Shown here piece by piece: positions 57,397 to 64,000 of a DNA stretch of 64,000 nucleotides. Position numbers and translations under genes: made by a program. The notes under the pieces were generated by a model that was not told the DNA's origin, made no database searches, and saw only the letters and a list, made by a program, of their open reading frames with translations. Each line of letters begins with the position of its first letter. Within the stretch, counting starts at the first letter, position 1. The stretch lies in the IMG/VR virus record IMGVR_UViG_3300045988_123612. One strand, 5' to 3'. Source of the stretch: a virus.

Positions 57397-57898
57397 ATTC
57401 CACTATATTTATGTTGTCAAATTTTTCTTTTATAACATCCAAGGCTCCACACTCGTTTGTTACCATAACATACTTTCCTGGCTTCATTCTCCACAGATTA
57501 AAATATCTTGTCACATTTATAATGCTATTAAATAATGATATTTCGTATCTTGTGTTCCCATTTTCACCATGTCCCGCTTTTTTAAAATAACATAGGGTCG
57601 GCTTGTATTTGAAATAATTAAAAAGCCTATACCATCCCTTCCCGTTACATGTTTCACGATTCCATATTCCAGTAAGCTTCCTATATCCCCTTACCGGTAT
57701 TTTCACTATTTCCCTTGGCACGATTTCAATATACTTTCCTTCTCCGATTGGTATAGTCATATTACCTGTCTCTTCCGTGCAAAAGTATTCTATTTCAGAT
57801 GCCATGTCTTTATATACATAGAACCGGTATAGGTTCCCGTCAGGGTCTACCCGATCCATGTAATATAATATCACTTTGTCTACTTTTATCTTTTTCAT
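57383..57898 (-). CDS. hypothetical protein (171 aa)
   Basis: ORF in minus block. Confidence 0.45.
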   Translation of the reverse strand: MKKIKVDKVILYYMDRVDPDGNLYRFYVYKDMASEIEYFCTEETGNMTIPIGEGKYIEIVPREIVKIPVRGYRKLTGIWNRETCNGKGWYRLFNYFKYKPTLCYFKKAGHGENGNTRYEISLFNSIINVTRYFNLWRMKPGKYVMVTNECGALDVIKEKFDNINIVEYGSE

Positions 57899-58182
57899 TC
57901 CTTTATTCTACTTATCTTTAAATTGTTATTCTTACAGTATTCCTTCAACCAACTATCTGTTAGATAACGATTGACTCTATCGTATTTCTTTTTCGGACCC
58001 TTGCTCCAGAATTTCCATTCGTTTGTGATATTGTACCCATATTTATCAAACCAATAGATATAATACACTACGTTACCGTATAAATCCACTCTTTTTCTTT
58101 CCTGTATGACTACCTCATAAGGTATCTCCTTGTCTCTTTTTCCCATCTTTGTCCTCCTTTCTTGAATAAAAAAAAACGGCAC
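57895..58182 (-). CDS. hypothetical protein (95 aa)
   Basis: 4-nt overlap with neighbour. Confidence 0.4.
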   Translation of the reverse strand: MPFFFIQERRTKMGKRDKEIPYEVVIQERKRVDLYGNVVYYIYWFDKYGYNITNEWKFWSKGPKKKYDRVNRYLTDSWLKEYCKNNNLKISRIKE

Positions 58183-58225
58183 CTATCTTCACAGACCAGT
58201 GCCGGCAACTAACTTACACGGAAAA

Positions 58226-58636
58226 CTACTTAACCTCAACTAATTCTACAGAGTTGTAGAATTTAGTGAAGCTACCAACAAATTCTCTTATATTTTTATA
58301 TTCTTCTGGTCGTTTTCTGTTACCGTCTTTTATGTAATTCACCCACAGTCTATCCTCTATGTTCTTAATCGCATTTTCTATAGTAAATTCGTCGCTGACA
58401 CACATTAAACACGAAGATCCGGTTTTCTTATGTGGTTTATACACCCTTGAAAAAGACCACATTTTTATCCTGTCGTATATATATCCGTTGTTTGGATAAA
58501 CGAATCCTATCCGGCTGTCACCTTCTTTGGCATAAAATACACCTGGCTCCTTCCCGCCCTTTCTATATACTACGAATCCTTTTTCTTTTAGGATCTTAAC
58601 CACTTTATTTAATTTATTTTCTACGTTCATTTTCAT
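58226..58636 (-). CDS. hypothetical protein (136 aa)
   Basis: ORF in minus block. Confidence 0.4.
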   Translation of the reverse strand: MKMNVENKLNKVVKILKEKGFVVYRKGGKEPGVFYAKEGDSRIGFVYPNNGYIYDRIKMWSFSRVYKPHKKTGSSCLMCVSDEFTIENAIKNIEDRLWVNYIKDGNRKRPEEYKNIREFVGSFTKFYNSVELVEVK

Positions 58637-59087
58637 GCAAAAATTTAAAAACGACCCTCATTATAGTTGCGAAGTTCTCTACCTTAACCCACTCATGAGC
58701 TACTGCTCTAAGTACAGACGTTTCATATGTTGGGACATTGTCTTCTTCAACCACCTTACAAGAAGCCAGAACTCCTTCGGTCGGCTTTAGTCCTCGGTCA
58801 TGCAGCTCGCAGAGACCGTCCGGCTGGCGGAATGCGCACCACCCGTCTTTCACTGTTGGCTGGATCATCGCTATTGGTTTTTCTTTCACTGCAAGATACC
58901 CTACCATCCACATTGTTTCTTTTAGCCTGTCAGCGTATCCGGCATCTATGATAGCTTCTATGTCTTTTGGCGTACCAATACAAGGAACCTCACACATGTT
59001 CTTGCATTTATCACATGTACAAGGCTGCTCCCATCTATTATGATCTATGCCAACCAACTTCTTTATCCGTTCTACTTCCTCTTTCAT
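58614..59087 (-). CDS. Cys-rich protein (157 aa)
   Basis: CTCDKCKNMCEVPC cluster plus further Cys. Confidence 0.4.
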   Translation of the reverse strand: MKEEVERIKKLVGIDHNRWEQPCTCDKCKNMCEVPCIGTPKDIEAIIDAGYADRLKETMWMVGYLAVKEKPIAMIQPTVKDGWCAFRQPDGLCELHDRGLKPTEGVLASCKVVEEDNVPTYETSVLRAVAHEWVKVENFATIMRVVFKFLHENERRK

Positions 59088-59088
59088 A

Positions 59089-59373
59089 TTATACTGTCTC
59101 TGTTAGTTTTTCGTAATACAACTTCATTTCCGGTGAAGCGTATTCCATGAATGCTTCGAATAAGTGTGGTACCTCTATTATCATATTCACATTACAACCT
59201 TCTGTCTGTGAAAGCGATTCAAGATCATTACTGTACAGGCACGTAACATAGGCACCTATATTAAATACATGCAAATCTATCCTTACGTATTCTATACATA
59301 AAGACAATGCATTAAACAAATTCTTTACTTCATTCTTGTCAAAAAGTTCTACAAATTCTCTCAACCCCATCAT
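59089..59373 (-). CDS. hypothetical protein (94 aa)
   Basis: ORF in minus block. Confidence 0.4.
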   Translation of the reverse strand: MMGLREFVELFDKNEVKNLFNALSLCIEYVRIDLHVFNIGAYVTCLYSNDLESLSQTEGCNVNMIIEVPHLFEAFMEYASPEMKLYYEKLTETV

Positions 59374-59753
59374 TTTACCACCCTTTCTATGTGTTTAATT
59401 AATACTACTGCTATTCCCTTACCGGTTTTTATCGCACATTCCGACCCTTTTATCCATTCTACACACCCTACATACTTTTCCGTAGCATGAAATCCGGGAT
59501 TGTATTTTCCAGATGTACTGAACTCTACCGTATCCCCTACCCTCAGATCATCAAAAGCAATAGACCATGTGGTCCAAATTCTGTCATGTCTCCCAGGCTG
59601 AATGGCCCCGATTACGCCTTTTTTACGACCGTTTTTTATTGCCCTTAGTATTATCTTCCTATCACCTTCGATAAGGCTGCAAAAGCGCCCGTAAAAGGTC
59701 AAATCAACCTGTTTTCCTCCTATTTCTTCTCTTATTTTTGTTATTCTGTTCAT
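59370..59753 (-). CDS. hypothetical protein (127 aa)
   Basis: 4-nt overlap with neighbour. Confidence 0.4.
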   Translation of the reverse strand: MNRITKIREEIGGKQVDLTFYGRFCSLIEGDRKIILRAIKNGRKKGVIGAIQPGRHDRIWTTWSIAFDDLRVGDTVEFSTSGKYNPGFHATEKYVGCVEWIKGSECAIKTGKGIAVVLIKHIERVVK

Positions 59754-59767
59754 TTTCTGATTTTGTT

Positions 59768-59998
59768 TTATTTTTTTCTTTGTTTTTTTCTATCTTCTAT
59801 AGAAGATGATAATAACATTATCTTTTCTATGTTACTTTTTGACTGTAAAAAAGAATCGCATTTCATTACTACTACCACCTTCTTAAGTTCCCCATTATCG
59901 TATAGCGATACACGCATCATGTTTTGCACCTCGTCCACTATCAGACCTGGAGTAGTCTTAGCCATTTTGCGTAGCTTATTATACTCCGGTCTTTCCAT
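59768..59998 (-). CDS. hypothetical protein (76 aa)
   Basis: ORF in minus block. Confidence 0.3.
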   Translation of the reverse strand: MERPEYNKLRKMAKTTPGLIVDEVQNMMRVSLYDNGELKKVVVVMKCDSFLQSKSNIEKIMLLSSSIEDRKKQRKK

Positions 59999-60263
59999 TT
60001 CCTCTGTTTATTACTCTATAGTATTTATCCTTATCCCCTTCTTTCAACTTCTCCAGATAGAAAATTCCATCATGTAAATGAGACAAACAAAACCTGTATC
60101 CGTATTTCTGTACTCTTCTTACATGATCCCGCAGTCTTATCTCTTCACTTTTGTCTTGTACTTTGATTTTAATACTGTCTCCTTCTTTGATTGTGTATAA
60201 AATAGTTTGAATCTCTTCTTTTTTCATCTTATAAAATATTTTAACGGCAGCACCTATACTCAC
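59979..60263 (-). CDS. hypothetical protein (94 aa)
   Basis: ORF in minus block. Confidence 0.35.
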   Translation of the reverse strand: MSIGAAVKIFYKMKKEEIQTILYTIKEGDSIKIKVQDKSEEIRLRDHVRRVQKYGYRFCLSHLHDGIFYLEKLKEGDKDKYYRVINRGNGKTGV

Positions 60264-60290
60264 GCACCACTACTGCCTTATGTTTAACAA

Positions 60291-61100
60291 TTAAATACTT
60301 AACTCTTCAATGGTCAAGCCTTTTTCTTTTGCCCACTTTAGCATCGCGCATAATTCTGTTTCTGACTTATATTTCGGATCACGCCACGCCCATCCGAATT
60401 TATCCAGGACATGATGATATAATTCGTCGGCCTTTGCCGTGTAAATGTCTTTGAATAAATGCTCTGAACCTTCCGGTATAAGCATCTCTGTTGTTGCAAA
60501 ATCGGAATACGATAAACATCCGTAAGCATATTCTGTTATTTCACTCCATGCTTCTCCGGCTTTAAATCCAAATTCTTTTACAAAAGCCAAAGTTAGATAC
60601 ATATTTAATAATATTGTTACATCATATCCGGAATCCGACTTTCTTTCTATTATTTCCTTTTCAAATTCCTTTAAATCTTCAGGTCCTAAAAAGATGTATC
60701 CTGATACCGACCGGTAATTAGTCTCCGCATACTTCTTGCATTTATCATCATTGACAATCTTACTAATGTTAGATAACATCTTTTGCCTCCATTCATCACA
60801 AAACTCTACCTCTACGTTCATCCAATCAGTACCATAATTATATTCTTTCGGATATCCGACCGATGTTACCTTTATACTATTCACGCCATATCCGTAAAGG
60901 CGTTCACTTACCTCATTCGCCCATTCCTGTACAAAAGGAATAAACTTATTGTAATAAGAATCAAAATCAAAATCCGATTCCTCCTCATATTCTGGCATCT
61001 CTTCATAATCCTGTTCAAAGAAATGACGAGGATCTGCTATTGTTTCGTAGAAACTTACGTTAATGAAACAAAACTCGTTGGTTGTCGTTTTTAATATCAT
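60291..61100 (-). CDS. hypothetical protein (269 aa)
   Basis: ORF in minus block. Confidence 0.45.
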   Translation of the reverse strand: MILKTTTNEFCFINVSFYETIADPRHFFEQDYEEMPEYEEESDFDFDSYYNKFIPFVQEWANEVSERLYGYGVNSIKVTSVGYPKEYNYGTDWMNVEVEFCDEWRQKMLSNISKIVNDDKCKKYAETNYRSVSGYIFLGPEDLKEFEKEIIERKSDSGYDVTILLNMYLTLAFVKEFGFKAGEAWSEITEYAYGCLSYSDFATTEMLIPEGSEHLFKDIYTAKADELYHHVLDKFGWAWRDPKYKSETELCAMLKWAKEKGLTIEELSI

Positions 61101-61351
61101 AACTTTTTGTATTTACGTACATTTTTCTTGCCATAGAATCTACACATGGCAAGAATCTGACTATAAAATACTTTTGTCCTCCTGGCCTCAAAGTATTTAA
61201 ACATTTCTTCATTCTTTGTTTCCCAAACGTAATCCGTTTGGGAACTCATGCGATCTTTCTCCTTGCGTGAATAATGGTAATATGATACCACAACACGTTT
61301 CATACCATTCTTTACAGGTACGATATTTACGTCTATACTATTCTCTGTCAT
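61097..61351 (-). CDS. hypothetical protein (84 aa)
   Basis: 4-nt overlap with neighbour. Confidence 0.4.
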   Translation of the reverse strand: MTENSIDVNIVPVKNGMKRVVVSYYHYSRKEKDRMSSQTDYVWETKNEEMFKYFEARRTKVFYSQILAMCRFYGKKNVRKYKKL

Positions 61352-61470
61352 ATTATTATTGTTTTATGCATTATACAAATACAAAGAGCGCATACCTTCA
61401 CAGGCCGGCGCTCCTTTCAATAAAAATGAAAAAACTAATATTACATAAACATATTGTTTTCTACTCTTTA

Positions 61471-61704
61471 TTACAATACTTTTGTTCCGCAATTATTATA
61501 TCTTCCGTACTCTTTTTTCGTATCATTCAAGATTTCAAAAACCATCTTCTTGTGATCTTCGTTTGGTAACCTATCCTTAACAGCCGATATTACGCCCGCT
61601 ATAGACGTAAAGCCTGAATCTGTTATTGAACACAGCAACACGCCTCTGTCGGCTCCGGTGCTTATTGCTGACGCCTTTATAATATCATTCTTATATATTC
61701 TCAT
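61471..61704 (-). CDS. hypothetical protein (77 aa)
   Basis: ORF in minus block. Confidence 0.35.
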   Translation of the reverse strand: MRIYKNDIIKASAISTGADRGVLLCSITDSGFTSIAGVISAVKDRLPNEDHKKMVFEILNDTKKEYGRYNNCGTKVL

Positions 61705-61724
61705 AACTTTTTTGTTTTATTGTT

Positions 61725-61815
61725 TGTGAGATGCCCAGAATCGAACCAGGACCGGCACATACGCACCGGCACGCCGCGTCATCCCCTCTATGATGCAGAA
61801 ATAGGCATGCCTATC
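61725..61815 (-). ncRNA. tRNA-like element 1 (T-arm GGTTCGATTCTGG plus acceptor-like tail); cloverleaf not resolved
   Basis: Plus strand reads GAGATGCCCAGAATCGAACCAGG, the reverse complement of a canonical T-stem-loop and 3' acceptor; GC-rich 175-nt intergenic gap. Confidence 0.25.
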
Positions 61816-61879
61816 CTCACGAACCGACATGCCAAAACCCAAAACTTAATTTGATGAATAAAATAGATTAACAAAAATA

Positions 61880-62194
61880 CTATTCTAATTCTTTTATAAT
61901 ATCTTTCACAATATTCAGCCTTACCTCCTTCGTTTCTGGACTAAGACAACCAAACCACCCATAAAACGTTCTTGTTTCCTCTGGTTCTGTGGCCATACTT
62001 ATCTTCTCCTCCAATTCCGGGAAATATATTCTCACCATTTCGTCTGAACGAAACTCATAGATATTTTTATGTGTTTTGAAATACATAAACACTACATTTC
62101 TTAACGCAACACATATGTATTCCCCATCCTCTAACCTATCAATCATCTCATATACCTTTTTCCATATGAATAATCGCTCTTCTTTTGTAAACAT
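61880..62194 (-). CDS. hypothetical protein (104 aa)
   Basis: ORF in minus block. Confidence 0.4.
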   Translation of the reverse strand: MFTKEERLFIWKKVYEMIDRLEDGEYICVALRNVVFMYFKTHKNIYEFRSDEMVRIYFPELEEKISMATEPEETRTFYGWFGCLSPETKEVRLNIVKDIIKELE

Positions 62195-62202
62195 ATCTTT
62201 CT

Positions 62203-62550
62203 TTATTTTTGTGGTATTATTTGACTGTACGCAGACTTTTCCATGTACACAATACTATGCTCCTGTCCAAGTATTTTCTTTGCTGCTTCTTTCTTTATCG
62301 CGCAATATCTCCCTGTACGATACGGATTCTTTTGATCTGATCCATCCTCAACTTCGATAATAAAACAACCTCCGTCATCTATTATCTTTTTGCAATTGTC
62401 ACATATTTCTCCCGTGCATATATAATGCGGCGCCTGCCCTTTGATGTTATTCCCTAATAAAGCAATCCCCATCTCTTCACCGCATACTATGCATAGTTCT
62501 ATGGATGGATTCAACCCATGCTCTGGATGCAATACAATACCGTCTTTCAT
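62203..62550 (-). CDS. Zn-ribbon protein (115 aa)
   Basis: CIVCG...CTGEICDNC. Confidence 0.4.
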   Translation of the reverse strand: MKDGIVLHPEHGLNPSIELCIVCGEEMGIALLGNNIKGQAPHYICTGEICDNCKKIIDDGGCFIIEVEDGSDQKNPYRTGRYCAIKKEAAKKILGQEHSIVYMEKSAYSQIIPQK

Positions 62551-62954
62551 TTTCTATCCTCCTTTATTAATTCTATTATAAACTTTTTATCTTGTTCCCA
62601 CAATGGCAGCCCTTCTTTTACTGTGTATGCCACTGTTTCCCTCTCTCCTATTAATCGCACGGCAATCTCTCTTGCTTTCAAGTCATCCTCCTCATGCGAT
62701 TTGTTTATTAAATCATAGGCACATGATTCCACCTTTTGCCTTTCGATTATTATCGAACCCATTAACTCGCTTATATGCGATCCTAAAAACGATAAGACAT
62801 TAATAGCTTTCCCAATATCATTTGAAATAGCACTTGCTAAATACATCTTATCCATATACTCCGGCAAAGCCTCGTATGCCGTTTCTATGTTTTTATACTG
62901 ATTTTCGTTTACCTCCCTTTTAATCAGTTCTTCAAATTCTTCTTTTAACATGTT
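62547..62954 (-). CDS. hypothetical protein
   Basis: Start taken at internal MLKEEFEEL; track ORF extends to 63098 across the tRNA-like element and is probably spurious there. Confidence 0.4.
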   Translation of the reverse strand, partial: NMLKEEFEELIKREVNENQYKNIETAYEALPEYMDKMYLASAISNDIGKAINVLSFLGSHISELMGSIIIERQKVESCAYDLINKSHEEDDLKAREIAVRLIGERETVAYTVKEGLPLWEQDKKFIIELIKEDRK

Positions 62955-62961
62955 CTTCCCT

Positions 62962-63040
62962 ATTTTAATGTTGTGTGAGATCGCCGGAATCGAACCGACT
63001 TGCTGCACCATGAATCCCATAAAGCAAATGCTCCGATCTT
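62962..63040 (-). ncRNA. tRNA-like element 2 (T-arm GGTTCGATTCCGG); cloverleaf not resolved
   Basis: Plus strand GAGATCGCCGGAATCGAACCGAC shares the GAGAT-GCC-GAATCGAACC core with element 1; flanking AGATCG/CGATCT and ATGCTCC/GGAGCAT pairings. Confidence 0.25.
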
Positions 63041-63287
63041 CGCAGATGGGAGCATTCTGTCTAAAGCATAAGAAAATTAATGAAGAAATTTTTCTCACTT
63101 ACGCCATAGCATCTAAAATAGCTATCAGCACTATTTCTATGACAAACATAATAGAAAATATCTTAAATGCCTTTTTCATATCGCTATCTCCTCCTTTTTA
63201 TTTTTTTTTAGTTCCACAATAAACTGTTCCGGCTCTGCTCCGACCTACGTTCCACCTACAACCGCAGGCCTTAGCCCAAGGCGCCGC

Positions 63288-63557
63288 CTACTCCCCCTCT
63301 ATGGCAGCCTGTTCGTACCTACAAATCCAATCTCCATCTATACAACTATCACTACGCGATAATAAACATTTATCCTTATAACAATCATAAAAAATACACC
63401 TATCACAACTGTAATCCTTAACGTCTACACAGCTAACTACCTTAGCATATACTATTCCATCACTGCCTTCTATTCCTTTTACCCCGAAAATAGAACCTTC
63501 TACCTCCTTACTCAAATCTAAGTCAGGCGCAAAGTCATATACGTTCATACCATCCAT
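63288..63557 (-). CDS. Cys-rich protein (89 aa)
   Basis: CDRCIFYDCYKDKC...C..C; first gene of the minus block. Confidence 0.4.
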   Translation of the reverse strand: MDGMNVYDFAPDLDLSKEVEGSIFGVKGIEGSDGIVYAKVVSCVDVKDYSCDRCIFYDCYKDKCLLSRSDSCIDGDWICRYEQAAIEGE

Positions 63558-63646
63558 ATTTTAATTGTTAAACATCCCGCTTAAAAAAAAATACTCACAT
63601 AATGCAGTCCTCAACCCTTAATCTGTTGGAAGGAACCTATATAATG

Positions 63647-63732
63647 CTGTTTTAAACCCTTATCATATTGAATTTTGTGGAAATGATCTACAGAACACTG
63701 TTTTAAAACGCTTATCTATTGAATTTTGTTGG
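63647..63732 (+). repeat. two ~35-nt imperfect direct repeats (CTGTTTTAAA-N-TTAT-N-ATTGAATTTTGTGG)
   Basis: 63647-63680 and 63698-63732, about 80 percent identical, in terminal non-coding region. Confidence 0.6.
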
Positions 63733-63795
63733 TAGGGAGTGCCCTCCCTCTCCCCCTCTCCAACTCCCGCTAATCCTCCGGCTTTCCGCATAGAA

Positions 63796-63930
63796 CCCAC
63801 GCCCTACCGCCTCACTACCGGCATACGGAGAGCGCTACAAGCTTATACTCTGGCATGGAGTATGGGGGATTTGGAGATAATATCATTCCATAGAGAGAAT
63901 AGAGAGACTTCAGCCCACGCCCTACCGCCT
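63796..63930 (+). repeat. 17-nt exact direct repeat CCCACGCCCTACCGCCT x2 in GC-rich non-coding patch
   Basis: Copies at 63796-63812 and 63914-63930; surrounding sequence is far more GC-rich than the rest of the window. Confidence 0.6.
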
Positions 63931-64000
63931 GCTCCTCCTATCAAGATAGATATTCAGACCTATAATCAAAGCCAAAAACGAAAAGCAAAAAACCATCACA

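Noticed and set aside
62962-63040. Calling the T-arm-containing elements bona fide tRNA genes
   Set aside because: No full cloverleaf could be built by hand. The distances to any 5' acceptor complement are too short (44-67 nt) or too long (94 nt). Kept only as low-confidence tRNA-like elements.
1-64000. Searched for a CRISPR array, reverse transcriptase/DGR, integrase, terminase and major capsid protein
   Set aside because: No regularly spaced repeats and none of the corresponding catalytic motifs were found in any frame of this window. If present, they lie outside it.

Overview
This window is AT-rich, densely coding, phage or prophage-like DNA. Several gene starts sit ~25-35 nt downstream of TAnnTTTG (-7-type) motifs, so the host is probably a Bacteroidetes-type organism; this is inferred, not proven.

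Organisation:
- 1-22 kb, plus strand: three very large ORFs (715, 753 and 2140 aa, the last possibly virion-packaged), a tandem array of two small cassette genes flanked by conserved junction repeats, a T5orf172 (GIY-YIG-like) gene, a slightly GC-richer block of low-complexity proteins, and a terminator/promoter-delimited accessory island.
- That island carries the most striking feature: an intact 410-aa IscB (OMEGA RNA-guided nuclease with PLMP, split RuvC, Arg-rich bridge helix and HNH) preceded by ~400 nt of structured non-coding DNA that is the expected omegaRNA position.
- 22-63.5 kb, minus strand: one uninterrupted block of ~75 mostly small, translationally coupled ORFs (early/replication-type region). 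Recognisable products: C5-cytosine MTase, SF2 helicase, Cas4-like Fe-S PD-(D/E)XK nuclease, a second PD-(D/E)XK nuclease, DnaB-like helicase, Zn-finger primase-like protein, phage Dam-type N6A MTase, Pol-beta-fold nucleotidyltransferase, compact ABC/AAA_21 ATPase, and an unusual SPFH/flotillin + NfeD + acyl-carrier-protein trio. Several paralogue pairs and Zn-ribbon proteins occur.
- Two GAATCGAACC-containing tRNA-like elements and a GC-rich palindrome interrupt the block; the last 450 bp are non-coding, with direct repeats and a GC-rich patch.

No CRISPR array, reverse transcriptase, integrase, terminase or major capsid gene was recognised. All functional calls come from motif reading only, with no database search.
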